Assembly (NCBI GenBank): GCA_965225815.1
Contig: CBDDBP010000006.1
Coordinates: 314,066 to 378,065, forward strand
Source: Dehalococcoidia bacterium
GTDB lineage: Bacteria > Chloroflexota > Dehalococcoidia > DSTF01 > WHTK01
Direction of reading: 5' to 3'
DNA: 64,000 nt
Of the stretch, positions 20,904 to 31,778 are shown piece after piece. Position 1 is the stretch's first letter, and every line of letters begins with the position of its first letter. Below the pieces are notes generated by a model. It ran no database searches and had not been told where the DNA came from. It saw only the letters and a program-made list of their open reading frames with translations. The position numbers and the translations under genes were made by a program.

Positions 20904-21842
20904 CTAAGGTTCGCCTGTGAGGCCAGCCTCGGCAAGGACGCGAGCGTGGCGCGCCTCTTGCTCGGTAATCGCCGCGTGGTGAGTCAGCAGGTTCTCAGCC
21001 CGCCTCACGACCGGTGTGTCGATCATCTTGCCGTCGAGCGCAAACGAGCCGCGGCCGGAGGCGATTGCTTCGTCGTTTGCCGCGATGACGCGCGATGCGT
21101 AATCGACCTCTTCCCGGCTGGGACTGTACTCCTCATTGACGATGGCCACCTGGCCCGGGTGGATGCAGGAGGCTCCCATGAAACCGAAGGCGCGCGAGCG
21201 GCGCACCATGGCGCGGAAAGCATCCCAGTCGCCGAAGCCGGCAACGCTGGCGATGAAACCGAAGGGGAGGATGCCCGCCGCGTTCGCGGCAAAGATCATC
21301 TGCTGCTTGGGGTAAAGCAGGGCCTCCTCGCTGGGCTCCATGTGGTTGTTGAGGGCGAAGTCCTCGCCGCCGATGTTGATGCCGACCAGCCGGTCCGTTG
21401 CCGATGCTATCTGCTCGATCTGGAAGAAAGCTTGTGGTGTCTCCACCATGGCGATGAATCGTGTGTGGCCCAACGGGAGGCCGCACCCGTGCTCCAGCTC
21501 CGCCGCAACTTCGTCCAGCAGCCTGAGGTGAGACGCGCTCTCCACCTTGGTGACCGCGATGCCAACGATCTCCGGCGAGATAACGGCCTCGATGTCTCTG
21601 ATAGCGGCGCGCAATGGCCGGTTGATTCGGACTATGACGTCGGCCCCGCCCCGGCTGACCTGCCGTGCCGCACTCACCACCAGCCCGCGGGCGCTGTTCT
21701 TTTCGGACTCAGGGACGCTGTCCTCGAGGTCTAGCTGGATGCAGTCAGCACCACGAAGATGGGCCTTCTCGACAAAGCGCTCTACGTTGACCGGCACATA
21801 GAGGAGAGACCGCCATACGGGTAAGGCCGCGCGCTCGGGCAT
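20904..21842 (-). CDS. CitE/HpcH family CoA-ester lyase
   Basis: RSLLYVP, LDLEDSV, VRIN, G.SCIHP.Q, GKMID.P. Confidence 0.92.
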   Translation of the reverse strand: MPERAALPVWRSLLYVPVNVERFVEKAHLRGADCIQLDLEDSVPESEKNSARGLVVSAARQVSRGGADVIVRINRPLRAAIRDIEAVISPEIVGIAVTKVESASHLRLLDEVAAELEHGCGLPLGHTRFIAMVETPQAFFQIEQIASATDRLVGINIGGEDFALNNHMEPSEEALLYPKQQMIFAANAAGILPFGFIASVAGFGDWDAFRAMVRRSRAFGFMGASCIHPGQVAIVNEEYSPSREEVDYASRVIAANDEAIASGRGSFALDGKMIDTPVVRRAENLLTHHAAITEQEARHARVLAEAGLTGEP

Positions 21843-21854
21843 TATCGGCTCCAA

Positions 21855-23120
21855 CTAGGCTTGTTCTGCTGGGACGTCCGCGGCCTTAGAGGTCAGGACA
21901 CATCGATTCTGAACCAGATCGTCGATTTCCGTCTCAGCGTAACCGATCTCTTGCAGGACCTCACGGGTATGTTCGCCAAGGCTGGGTGCGGGGCGTTCGA
22001 TCAGTCCAGGTGTACCGGAAAGCCGCACGGCTATGGCGTGCATCGGCACCGTTCCCATGTCTGCGTCAGGAAAATCTTCTAGCAAGCCACGAGCCTGAAC
22101 CTGAGGATCACCGACGATCTGTGAGATGTCGTAGATCGGGCCAATCGTTACCTCCGCCGCCCCGAAGAACGCGACGTTTTCCTCCTGGGTTCGGGACCGA
22201 ATGAACGCGGCGATGATTTCATCGAGTTCGGCGTTGTTTTTCAGCCTGTCGGCGTTGGTGCGAAACCGCGGATCGTCGATTAGCTCGGCCCGGTCAATCG
22301 ACCTGAGCAATCGCTCCGTCATGCCTTGGGTCGAAGCAGAGAAGCAGACCCAGCGTCCATCGCTGGTTTCGTAGGCGTTCCGTGGCGCCGAGTTCGTCGA
22401 TCGGTTCCCGGTGCGTGGCCTGGGCTCGCCCGTGAGCTGATAATTTGCCGCCTGCGGACCGAGGATGCTGAACAGCGGGTCGAACAGCGGCAGGTCGATA
22501 ACCTGGCCTTGCCCGCCGTTCATCTCGACTTCACGGAGGGCGATCATCACCGCGCCGACGCCCTGCAGCCCGGCGACGCTATCTGCCATGTAGATCGGCG
22601 GCAGCAGTGGTTCGCGATCTCCGAAGCCATTCATGGACGCGAAACCGGACATGCCCTCAACCAGGGTTCCGAACCCAGGGCGACGCCTGTAAGGCCCGTC
22701 CTGGCCCCAGCCTGAAATCCTCACGATGATCAAACCAGGGTTGGCCTCGAGTAGCACCTCGGGAGCGAGCCCCATCTCCTCCAATGTCCCCGGGCGGAAG
22801 CTCTCGACCAGCACTGCCGAAGATGCCACAAGATTCGCGAGAATGCTCCGGGCTCCTTCGTGTCGAAAGTCGAGGCAAAGACTTCGCTTGCCGCGGCCGT
22901 AGATTTTCCAGTTGGTCTCGACTCCCTCGACTTTCCAAGCCCTAAGCGTGTCGCCGGCGACAGGTTCGACTTTGATGACGTCAGCACCAAAGTCGGCGAG
23001 CATCTGTGTCAGCGTGTTTCCTGCCACGAGCCGGGACATGTCGATGACGCGGATACCCTTCAATGGTAGACGTGCAGCCCCGTTGCTTCGACCGGTGTTG
23101 GGAGCCTCTGGTGACGTCAT
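21855..23120 (-). CDS. CaiB/BaiF family III CoA transferase
   Basis: LADFGADVIKVE, R.KRS..LD, ESFRPG, SGWGQDGP. Confidence 0.93.
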   Translation of the reverse strand: MTSPEAPNTGRSNGAARLPLKGIRVIDMSRLVAGNTLTQMLADFGADVIKVEPVAGDTLRAWKVEGVETNWKIYGRGKRSLCLDFRHEGARSILANLVASSAVLVESFRPGTLEEMGLAPEVLLEANPGLIIVRISGWGQDGPYRRRPGFGTLVEGMSGFASMNGFGDREPLLPPIYMADSVAGLQGVGAVMIALREVEMNGGQGQVIDLPLFDPLFSILGPQAANYQLTGEPRPRTGNRSTNSAPRNAYETSDGRWVCFSASTQGMTERLLRSIDRAELIDDPRFRTNADRLKNNAELDEIIAAFIRSRTQEENVAFFGAAEVTIGPIYDISQIVGDPQVQARGLLEDFPDADMGTVPMHAIAVRLSGTPGLIERPAPSLGEHTREVLQEIGYAETEIDDLVQNRCVLTSKAADVPAEQA

Positions 23121-23198
23121 AATGGTCGGTCCAGGCTCCTCGCTGCGTACTCCACGTATTTCATCATGATCTCCACGGCCGTCGCCCAACCAGCGGCG

Positions 23199-23575
23199 CT
23201 ACGGACTGGTTGTCTCGGCAAGCTGTCCAACGGCCGCCAGAATGGCTTCGATCGCAGCTTCCACTGGGCTCCTATCGGAATTCACTGTGAGGTCGTACAT
23301 CACGGGTGAAAACGGATCGACGCTATAGGCCCGCTCATAGAGGTCGTGCTGATCGACATCTGATCTTCGGACGATTCGCAATGCGGCATCGACAGAATCA
23401 CCCGTCTCACGGGCCAAGCGTTCGGCGCGGCGGGATTCTTCCCCGAAAACCAGGACGCGGATAACTTCCGGGTCATCGCGTAGCACGACCTGCGCGGCGT
23501 GACCGACGATCGATCACAGGATCGCCTTCGGTGCCGAGTTGTCCAGAGAAGGCAATCGTTTTGACCCTCATGCTG
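23199..23575 (-). pseudogene. cytidylate kinase-like protein remnant
   Basis: R.E......S...A...V..SD......Y......D....YDL.VN C-terminal pattern; N-terminus missing or shifted. Confidence 0.5.
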
Positions 23576-23731
23576 CACCTCTTTTACCCGATCTTACAGA
23601 ACCGGAAGCAAGCAACAACGGGCCTGACAGCCCTTGGCGCTAAGCGACATTTGGTGGAACCTCTGCGAAATGGTGAAACTCTCAGACCCTAGTGAGGACA
23701 AGTCAATGCCGGCGTCTGGCGGCCTAGACCG

Positions 23732-24267
23732 ATGAGGCGCCAGGAGAGCGATAGTTCCGGGCGAAACACGACGAGGCAAGCTCGTCTCCCTTTCTCCTAC
23801 GGCTGGGTCATCGTCTCGGTGGTCTTTCTACGCGCTTTCGTGACCGGCGGGCACCACGTGGGATTCGCTGGGAGTGCGCGCCATGCCCATGCACGACGAC
23901 CTCGGCTGGAGCCGAACCGTGATCTTTGCGGGCATGAGTGAAAGAACTCTGGGGGCCGAGATGGCCGGCCTCTTATTCGGCAAGTACCTCGATCTGCCGG
24001 GCGGTCCATGATTGCTCGGTGTCCTCAGCGGTGTCGCGGCTGGCGTTGCCCTCTTTGGCACAGCGCTGGTGCAGGAGCCGTGGCAGTTTCCTTTTGATCT
24101 TCGGCCTGATGGGAGGATTTCTCGGCACCGGCCCCGCGGCCCTAATGATCGGCGCCCTTATACCGAAGTGGTTCGTTCACAGAAGGGGCCGAGCGGTCGC
24201 GACCGCGACGATGGGGACGGGTCTGGCAGGTTTCCTGTTGGCTCCAGTTGTCACCATCATCAGCTAG
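23732..24267 (+). pseudogene. MFS transporter remnant with multiple frameshifts
   Basis: YGWVIV, PMHDDLGWSR and KWFVHRRGRA motifs spread over three frames; truncated. Confidence 0.7.
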
Positions 24268-24318
24268 GCCTTGGGTTGGCGTTTGTCTTGGGCGGTGCTT
24301 TCCGTTATCAAGGCTGGT

Positions 24319-25176
24319 TCAAGTCGTGAAGAACTGGTGTAGCTGCTGATACGTCTGATCCGGTGCTTCTTCTTGAAGCATGTGTCCACAATCCAGAGGC
24401 TCGCCGCGAACGTCGTTGGCCCACTCACGCCATACCGAGAGGACGTCGAACCACTGACCCAGGCGCCCTTTACCGCCCCAGAGCACGAGGAGGGGGCACT
24501 CGATTTTCTTATTGCCCTTATCCGCGATGTCCAGCTGGTAGTCGTAAGTCGAGGCGGCGCGATAGTCCTCGCACATCGCGTGTACGGTGTCGGGATTGAG
24601 CCCGCAGCGCAGGTAGTCGGCGGCGACCTCCGGGTCGGCACCCGGCAACGGCGCTCGACGGAAGAAAGAATCCGGGTACGCCTCGATCATTTTCTCCGGT
24701 AAGGGCGCCGGCTGCGCCAGGAAGAAGAAGTGCCAGTATCCGAGCGCGAATCCCATGTCGACACGATTGAACGTGTCGCCGGTCGGAACGATGTCCATCA
24801 CGGCCAGGCGCGACACCTTCTCCGGGTAGTCGAGGGCAAGTCTGTAGCCGACGCGGCCGCCGCGATCGTGACCAGCCAGGGAGAATTCATCGAAGCCGAA
24901 ACGGGCCATGAGCTCAACGAAGTCGCGCGCCATGGCCCGTTTTGAGTAGGGTTCGTGGTCAGGCGTGGTCGGCGGCTTCGAACTGTCACCGTAACCGCGA
25001 AGATCCGGCGCGATGACGGTGAAGTCGCGCGCCATTTGCGGAGCCACCTTGTGCCATGTGACGTGAGTCTGGGGCGCACCGTGGAGCAGGAGGAGCGGCG
25101 GCCCGGAGCCGCCGTAAGTTACCCTCAACGTCGCCTCGCTAAGGGCGATTAACTCGGTTTGGAATCCTTCAAACAT
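24319..25176 (-). CDS. haloacetate/fluoroacetate dehalogenase-type alpha/beta hydrolase
   Basis: LHG.PQTH..WH, GHDRGGRV, YWH.FFLAQ, CEDYRA, DCGH. Confidence 0.85.
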   Translation of the reverse strand: MFEGFQTELIALSEATLRVTYGGSGPPLLLLHGAPQTHVTWHKVAPQMARDFTVIAPDLRGYGDSSKPPTTPDHEPYSKRAMARDFVELMARFGFDEFSLAGHDRGGRVGYRLALDYPEKVSRLAVMDIVPTGDTFNRVDMGFALGYWHFFFLAQPAPLPEKMIEAYPDSFFRRAPLPGADPEVAADYLRCGLNPDTVHAMCEDYRAASTYDYQLDIADKGNKKIECPLLVLWGGKGRLGQWFDVLSVWREWANDVRGEPLDCGHMLQEEAPDQTYQQLHQFFTT

Positions 25177-25454
25177 TGCTCATTGGCCTGCATTGGCTTC
25201 GTCAGGTGGGCCCCAGGCAGATCGAAGGAGCCATGCACAGTCTACACAGCCTCATCGGTGGATCCACTGGCCAGCAAATCGACTCGGGCGACTTCCTAAC
25301 AGCCTCTAGTCGTCCGAGTTGCCCGTGATTCACGATTGCGAAGTGTAGTCAGCCTTGACTTGAGGGGCGCGGGCCAAACATGATGCCGCGGGTTCCAAGG
25401 TGAGGCAAGAAAGTCTGCAGCGTAAGTTCCCGCGGGAAAGCGAAGGATTCTGAG

Positions 25455-27125
25455 ATGGTCCAGGAACGAAATTGGGCAGAAGAGGCCGATGTTGTGGTCA
25501 TTGGGGCCGGAGCGACAGGTCTTCCGGCGGCGATAGCGGCACGCGAGGCCGGCTCGTCAGTCCTTCTGATCGAAGCTAACTTCGACGTCGGCGGACATGC
25601 CTCGATCAGTGGCGGAAACGTACCCCTCGGCGGCGGCACAAGCGCCCAGAAGAAGGCCGGAATCGTTGATTCGCCCGACCTGCTGTTCTCCGACCTGACC
25701 GACTGGTCGGTAGTCCAACCCAGCGGCTTCCCGGACTATCGCTACAACGACCGTGAGATCATCCGCGCCTTCAGCGACCTGAGCGCTCCGACCTACGACT
25801 GGCTGCTGGAGAAAGGCGTCATTTTCATCGACCAACCCATCGATAACCGGGGCGCTGGTGGCACCGGGAATTCGGCGCCCAGAGAGGCGCATCTCGCCGC
25901 CATGGACTGGGTGCAGTTTCAAACCGGGAAAGCCCAACCTCCGGAACGCGGGCCGATTACATCCTCTGGAATTGGCCTCACTCGCCCGTTGGAGGCGACA
26001 GCTCGCGAGATGGGTGTACGCATCCTGCTGAATCACAAGATGACGGACCTTATCCGCGAGCCAGGCGAATATGGCAGGGTCATCGGCGTCGTCTGCCGGA
26101 ACGAGGAAGGCAGCCTCGAGATCCGAGCCCGCCAGGCGGTGGTCCTCGGAACCGGAGGCTCCACCAGCAACGTCAACTTCCGGCGCATCTTCGACCCGAG
26201 GCTAACAGAGGAGTACTGCGGGACGGCTGGAGAGCCTTTCACGGCTCAAGATGCCAGCGGCGAGCTAGCTGCGATGGCCGTCGGGGCTTCGCTCTGGGGT
26301 TCTTATAACCAGAGCGCTGAATTCGGTATCGCGCTGAGCAAGGCCATACAGATTGGCTGCCAGTACGGCTACGGCCCCTTGCAATGGCAACCCGGCAGCC
26401 CGGTTTTCGAGAAGGCCAGGGCCACAGGACTGCGCGTCACTGACTGGCACGACGTCATCCTCGTCAATCAGGCCGGGCGGCGATTCTACGACGAGACCGT
26501 TGGCCAGTATGCAGCGAACAGCCACGAAGCCATCCCCGACTATGTGCCGGGCAGCTGGCGAAACGTCAAGAACGTCAACTACAACCCGCTTAACTTCCTT
26601 AACGCCGCGCTTGCGGGCACCGGTGAGCCGAGAAACGGCGGCGGGCCAATCTGGGCCATCTTCGATTCGCAAGCCATCGCCCGGGAGGGCTGGGACCCCA
26701 AGCCCCCATACGTCGATATCGATCAGGGTTTCTTCTTTAGCGGGAACACGATCGCGGAACTCGCTGCCAACATCAAGAACCAGTTCCAGCGTGAGCCAAT
26801 GCCGGCGAGCGTCCTGGCCGAAACCGTGGCCCGCTACAACAGCTTCGTCGACTCGGGCGAAGATCTGGACTTCGAAAAACCTTCACCCCAATACAAAATC
26901 GAGACGCCGCCGTTCTATGCAGCCTGGTCGACCCCCGTGATCCACGACACTCGAGCCGGCTTGCGGATCAATGGTCAGTGCCAAGTCGTCGATCTCAGCG
27001 GCGAGGTGATTCCCGGTCTGTACTGTGGCGGCGAGTCGGCGGGCGGATTCAGCATGCACGGCCTGGCCAGGTGCATTGTCCAGGGACGTATCGCGGGCAT
27101 GAGTGCGGCCGCAGAGAGCGTCTAA
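25455..27125 (+). CDS. FAD-binding oxidoreductase (flavocytochrome c / 3-ketosteroid dehydrogenase-like)
   Basis: GAGATG, ARQAVVLGTGG, ILVN..G.RF..E, GLRIN...QV.D..G..IPGLY. Confidence 0.88.
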   Translation: MVQERNWAEEADVVVIGAGATGLPAAIAAREAGSSVLLIEANFDVGGHASISGGNVPLGGGTSAQKKAGIVDSPDLLFSDLTDWSVVQPSGFPDYRYNDREIIRAFSDLSAPTYDWLLEKGVIFIDQPIDNRGAGGTGNSAPREAHLAAMDWVQFQTGKAQPPERGPITSSGIGLTRPLEATAREMGVRILLNHKMTDLIREPGEYGRVIGVVCRNEEGSLEIRARQAVVLGTGGSTSNVNFRRIFDPRLTEEYCGTAGEPFTAQDASGELAAMAVGASLWGSYNQSAEFGIALSKAIQIGCQYGYGPLQWQPGSPVFEKARATGLRVTDWHDVILVNQAGRRFYDETVGQYAANSHEAIPDYVPGSWRNVKNVNYNPLNFLNAALAGTGEPRNGGGPIWAIFDSQAIAREGWDPKPPYVDIDQGFFFSGNTIAELAANIKNQFQREPMPASVLAETVARYNSFVDSGEDLDFEKPSPQYKIETPPFYAAWSTPVIHDTRAGLRINGQCQVVDLSGEVIPGLYCGGESAGGFSMHGLARCIVQGRIAGMSAAAESV

Positions 27126-27179
27126 TCAACCTAGACGAAAGCGATGCTCTCTAGGCATTCGGGTTGAATCGGCCAATGA

Positions 27180-27419
27180 CTACTTCGTTGGGACGATCTC
27201 GATGTGCATGCCGTAGGACTGGATCATTTCCGTGAAGGCCTTCCTGGTGCCCTTGAGGTTTCCTGCCACGACAGGTCGTTTGGCCGTCGCTGCGATCAGG
27301 CCGAACCGAAGGACCTGGCTCAAGAGGGCTGGTGACATAACCTGAGGATTGTGAATCGTTACGTGTTGCGAAGGCTCGTCATATGTGCCTTCGAAGGTTA
27401 GCTGAACTTTCTCTGCCAT
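27180..27419 (-). CDS. small hypothetical protein
   Basis: plausible ORF only; no motif recognised. Confidence 0.35.
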   Translation of the reverse strand: MAEKVQLTFEGTYDEPSQHVTIHNPQVMSPALLSQVLRFGLIAATAKRPVVAGNLKGTRKAFTEMIQSYGMHIEIVPTK

Positions 27420-27645
27420 CCGGTTTGTCACACTCTTCCTGTCCGAGTTCGATCGAACCGCGCCCGAGCCATCGAGACACGCTAGCAAGCGATGAAACCG
27501 GAGTTACTTTGTAATGGATGTCGGGTTTCAACGACCGTTCCACCTGAGGGGGCAACTCACCTTAGCACCAATTCCAATTCGAAACGGCGAATAACCGTCC
27601 GAACTGCGGGAACCAAAGCGCTCGCCGGTGGTGCGAGTGCTGAGT

Positions 27646-27858
27646 TCAGTGTTTCGGCGTGATGAGCGTTGCTCCTGGTATGAGCTCAAAGCGCCCTTGA
27701 GCAGTCCGACGATCGACCGCAAGTTCACCGTCATCTACATGCTTGCGATGGTCTGGACAGAGGCTTATAGCAACGGTCGTCCCGTCATCTACAAGCCGGT
27801 GCATCGAAGGCGCGCCAGCGTCGGAAGCACATCCCAAGACTTCACATCGCATGCTCAT
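27646..27858 (-). CDS. small Cys/His protein (C..GC...CPDH)
   Basis: GAGG RBS; possible zinc ligands. Confidence 0.35.
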   Translation of the reverse strand: MSMRCEVLGCASDAGAPSMHRLVDDGTTVAISLCPDHRKHVDDGELAVDRRTAQGRFELIPGATLITPKH

Positions 27859-27987
27859 CGCTAATCCTCAGTTGACAGTTTACAGGGTTTGGCAAGCGCA
27901 GGCGTCGGATGCAAAGGACACCGAACCGTTCGAGCGACTGCAAGATGCGTTTCAGTCGCCCCTCTGGAGGGCCTAAGCTCTTCCTGC

Positions 27988-29793
27988 ATGAGAGATTTTC
28001 GACGCGCTGCGCGAGACGGTGAGTCGCGCCGGCCTGAGCGACCCGCCTGGCCGACCTTTCGTCGCGCGGTCTTGCTTCTGTCGCCTCATAAAGTCTTGCT
28101 CAGCGGATTCCTGGCGGCCATCGCACTGGCATCTTTGGTCGGCCTCGTACCGCCTCTGCTGATTCGCCAGATCATCGACAGCGCCATACCCAACGATGAC
28201 GGCGGGGAACTGAACCTGCTGGCCGGCGTCATGGCGGCACTCATCGTCCTTGGCGCGTTCAACACGGTGCTCCAATCCTGGCTTAGTAACTCGATCAGCC
28301 AGACCGTCATGCTGGACCTGCGAACACGTTTGTTCAGGCACCTCTCGTCGCTGTCATTAGGCTGGTTCACGGCCAACCGCAGCGGCGACACGCTCTCCCG
28401 TGTCAACAACGACGTCGGCTCACTCCAATTCGTCGTAAGCACGACGCTGGGAGAGGTAATCGGCAATCTAATCACCTTGATCAGCACCTTCGCCTTGATG
28501 CTGGTGCTGGACTGGCAACTCGCGATGTTTTCAGTTGTGCTTATTCCTATTTTCGTCATCCCGGCGCGGCGAGTCGGTAACCTTCAGCGCTCTCTACAGG
28601 GTCAGACTCAAACCGCAATGGCAGCGATGACCTCTCAGATGCAGGAGACGCTATCGATTAGCGGTGTCCTGCTGATGAAGACCTTTGGACGCGGCGAAGA
28701 CGAGTCGCGTCGCTTCGAGGACGTTGCCGCGCAGGTCAGAAGCCTGAGCATTCGCCGCGTCATGGCCGGTCGCTGGTTCGCGATGGCGATGGGAATGTTC
28801 GGGGCGCTCGCCCCTGCCGTTGTCTTCTGGTACGGCGGTCATCGCGTCCTTAGCGGAGATGTCAGCCTCGGGACTGTGGTGGCGCTGGCCGCGTTGCTGC
28901 CACGCATCTTCGGGCCAGCCGCCGCGCTTCTGAACGTACACGTGTCGGTGCTTAGCTCACTGGCTCTGTTCGAACGCATCTTCGACTACCTTGATCTCGA
29001 ACCGGAAATCGCTGATAAACCCGGCGCAATCGAGTTGTCGGATGTGCGAGGCAGGATTGCATTTCGCGACGTTAGCTTTTCCTACGTCCAGGGTCAGGAA
29101 GTGCTTCACTACGTTAGCTTCGACATCCCAGCGGGCCACTTCGCCGCCTTCGTGGGCCCGACGGGAGCGGGTAAAACAACGATCGCATATCTCATACCTC
29201 GCCTTTACGACGTCAAGCAGGGCCAGGTGCTCATCGATGGGCATGACGTTCGGAACGTGACGCTGGAGTCGCTCACATCGAACATGGCCATGGTGAACCA
29301 GGAGCCCTTCCTGTTTCATGAGTCGATTCGTGAGAACCTGCGCGACGCCAGCCCTGATGCGACTGACGTCGAGATTGAGGCGGCCTGCCGGGCGGCCAAC
29401 ATCCACACGCACATCGCAGGCCTTCCTGATGGCTACGAAACCGTGGTCGGAGAGCGCGGCTATCGTCTATCAGGGGGCGAAAAGCAGCGCGTTGCTATCG
29501 CGCGAGCGGTGCTCAAGGATCCCGCGGTGCTCATCCTGGATGAGGCGACATCCGCCGTCGACAGCGTCACCGAGCGCGCCATCCAGGATGCGCTGGAGAC
29601 ACTCAGGCAGGGCAGGACGGTGATCGCCATCGCCCATCGCCTTTCGACCGTCATCGGAGCCGATGTTGTATTCGTCATCGAGGAGGGAAGCGTGGTGGAG
29701 CAAGGCACGCACGCGGAGTTGGTAGCCGGCAATCAGCACTACACACGCCTTTACGAGCATCAACTGCTGACACCAAAAACCTCCGACCGTTAG
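27988..29793 (+). CDS. ABC exporter, fused permease/ATPase
   Basis: 6 TM; GPTGAGKTT, LSGGEKQR, ILDEATS, AHRLST. Confidence 0.95.
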   Translation: MRDFRRAARDGESRRPERPAWPTFRRAVLLLSPHKVLLSGFLAAIALASLVGLVPPLLIRQIIDSAIPNDDGGELNLLAGVMAALIVLGAFNTVLQSWLSNSISQTVMLDLRTRLFRHLSSLSLGWFTANRSGDTLSRVNNDVGSLQFVVSTTLGEVIGNLITLISTFALMLVLDWQLAMFSVVLIPIFVIPARRVGNLQRSLQGQTQTAMAAMTSQMQETLSISGVLLMKTFGRGEDESRRFEDVAAQVRSLSIRRVMAGRWFAMAMGMFGALAPAVVFWYGGHRVLSGDVSLGTVVALAALLPRIFGPAAALLNVHVSVLSSLALFERIFDYLDLEPEIADKPGAIELSDVRGRIAFRDVSFSYVQGQEVLHYVSFDIPAGHFAAFVGPTGAGKTTIAYLIPRLYDVKQGQVLIDGHDVRNVTLESLTSNMAMVNQEPFLFHESIRENLRDASPDATDVEIEAACRAANIHTHIAGLPDGYETVVGERGYRLSGGEKQRVAIARAVLKDPAVLILDEATSAVDSVTERAIQDALETLRQGRTVIAIAHRLSTVIGADVVFVIEEGSVVEQGTHAELVAGNQHYTRLYEHQLLTPKTSDR

Positions 29794-30119
29794 TGTCTGG
29801 AGCTTGACGCCTCCACGGGCGTCTCGCGGAAGCGTCAAGCAGAGGCAGAACTAGCCCACAGCTGTTAAGGGTCGGACTCTCTGCCTGAGTGTTGAGCCTG
29901 GAGGGCGAGGACGGTCCGCTGGAGAGTCCCTTCTTACTTGCGGCGCAGACCGCCCAGTCCCGCCTGGCCTCTGCGGCTTCCGCGGCATGCTCCAGGCCAT
30001 GGAAGTAGCAGAAGGCACCATCGGTGGGAACCGGAGCTAAGCAGCGCTCGCAGCCTTTGATAACCCCAAACGTTTAGTTCTTGCTACCAATCCCCACCTC
30101 TGAAGCATGGCAATCGCTC

Positions 30120-31031
30120 TCAAGACGGACGTAGGAGGCGCTGGGCAAGGAACCGCGTTTGGGCAGTCGATGCTTGTTCAAACTCAGGACTCGGGAAGTA
30201 AAGCAAGCCAAAGTGACCGCCGTCGATGTCCAGCCATTCCTTCGGCCCTGGGACTCTCTCGTAGGCGTCGCGGGCGACGGACGGCACCGAGCCAGGCATT
30301 TCGTCCTGCGGCGAAACCAGGAACAGGGTTGGGCACGAGACATGGCTCGCAGTGAGTCCTGGATGCCAGGGCGCCGGCGTCTTCGGTCTAGCACGCGTCA
30401 CGTCGTTCACCCATTCCGAGCCAAGCCGTCCGCCATATTCAATGAACCAGCGGTACGCAGTTAGCGGTTGAAGAGCAGATGGTCGGCGAATCTGATCGTC
30501 GGACACGACCGGCATTGGACCAAGCACTTCATCTTCAGAAGGCTCGATTGACCCCGAGAGGATCGTCTCCTTGAACGCCTCGTACAGTGAACCATCGTCA
30601 TCGGCGGGTGGCGGCTGAGCTCCAATCGCAGGTACCTGCACCACGAGAGCTGCGACGCGGCTGTCGATCCCGGCCACAGCCAAGGCTACGCCACCGCTGA
30701 AACTATCGCCCCCAATTGCAATCCTTTCGGGATCTACTCCTTCGAGAGTGCTCCCATATGACACTGCGTCCCGGTAGCCCCGCGCCTGGACCCAGGCGTT
30801 GAGTTGATGGCGTGGCTCCCCTCCACTTGAGCCAAAGCCGCGATGCTCGTAGAGCAGAACGGCGAAGCCAGCCGAACAGATCACTTCGGCATACTTGTCC
30901 GCTGTCATGTGCCGTGTTGCAGAGAACCCGTGAGTCATAACGACGAGGGGCCATGGTGATTTCGATTCAGGCGTGTACAACCATCCGCTGAGATCGGCGG
31001 CTTCCGACCTGAACGTCACGTCTTTTGTCAA
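30120..31031 (-). CDS. alpha/beta hydrolase
   Basis: HGF, RGFG.SGGEPR, GDSFSGG nucleophile elbow, GGHF. Confidence 0.85.
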   Translation of the reverse strand: MTKDVTFRSEAADLSGWLYTPESKSPWPLVVMTHGFSATRHMTADKYAEVICSAGFAVLLYEHRGFGSSGGEPRHQLNAWVQARGYRDAVSYGSTLEGVDPERIAIGGDSFSGGVALAVAGIDSRVAALVVQVPAIGAQPPPADDDGSLYEAFKETILSGSIEPSEDEVLGPMPVVSDDQIRRPSALQPLTAYRWFIEYGGRLGSEWVNDVTRARPKTPAPWHPGLTASHVSCPTLFLVSPQDEMPGSVPSVARDAYERVPGPKEWLDIDGGHFGLLYFPSPEFEQASTAQTRFLAQRLLRPS

Positions 31032-31482
31032 GAATCCAGGACTCGTCCCACCGATGCCTTGAGTCGTGGCGTAGCAGCCGGTCTCGTCTCCAATTGCATC
31101 CCCTCCGTCATTTCACCGTGATGCGTTAACTCGAAGCAGTGCGCAGGGCCAGAAGACCTTGGTACTGAGTACACGGCCAGTGATGGCTACGGCGCCGCCT
31201 GGTCCTACTAAGTCTACTTTCGCAAAGATGAGTATTCGCTCATGGCCTCTTCAACGGGATCGTCCCTGCGCCAGTATGGCTTTCTCAGCGAGCCAACACG
31301 ATGGACGCATAGTGGGGGTCGATCGCGACCCCGTAGCAGCTCCGACCGGTGCGCTCCGCAGCGAACAGGGTGCTGCCAGGGCCGGGAACAGGTCGCCGGG
31401 GCGTGCTTACTCAGTAACTGCCAATAGGTGGTCACTTACGTGGTCAAAGGCACGAAAACGCCCCTCGAATCGCCCATCTCAG

Positions 31483-31528
31483 ATGCAAAGGCGGTGAGTT
31501 CTTGGTGGAGACGGGGGAGAATCGAACT
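31483..31528 (-). mobile_element. att-like scar 1: tmRNA/tRNA 3'-end fragment overlapping a serine recombinase C-terminus
   Basis: minus strand reads AGTTCGATTCTCCCCCGTCTCCACCA; plus strand encodes SWWRRGRIEL; 30-bp exact copy at 48611-48640. Confidence 0.7.
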
Positions 31529-31741
31529 ACACTTAGTTCCGTCGACGAGGGTCGCCGACAGTGGACTTCAGGTTCAGAACTCCTCCGTTTCGTCTCCGAT
31601 AGTCGGCATAAGTCGCTGTGATAAGCCGTCAGATACGTCGTCAAGGTTCTGGCGCTCTCCTTTTGGTATCCCACGGCGCGCCCCATCGCTCTGCCCCTAC
31701 TGCCGGCTTGGCCGCAAAGGGCCACGGATTCGGAAGCAGCG

Positions 31742-31769
31742 TTGACACCCCCCTCCTTGACGGCAGAAT
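31742..31769 (+). promoter_or_regulatory. repeated sigma70-like promoter motif, copy 1
   Basis: TTGACA-N16-CAGAAT, about 10 nt before ATG 31779; related copies at 32090, 33430, 34094, 35786, 61934. Confidence 0.55.
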
Positions 31770-31778
31770 CACGGCACC

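Noticed and set aside
16677-21734. Long alternative ORFs (16677-17504, 20874-21734 and similar)
   Set aside because: High-GC antisense frames of well-supported genes.
31499-31528. Complete tRNA or tmRNA gene
   Set aside because: Only the 3' ~26 nt are present; no 5' half here or at 48611.
31532-31543. CTTAGTTCCGTC shared with 61883-61894
   Set aside because: Only 12 bp; suggestive of a shared insertion end but too short to support a call.
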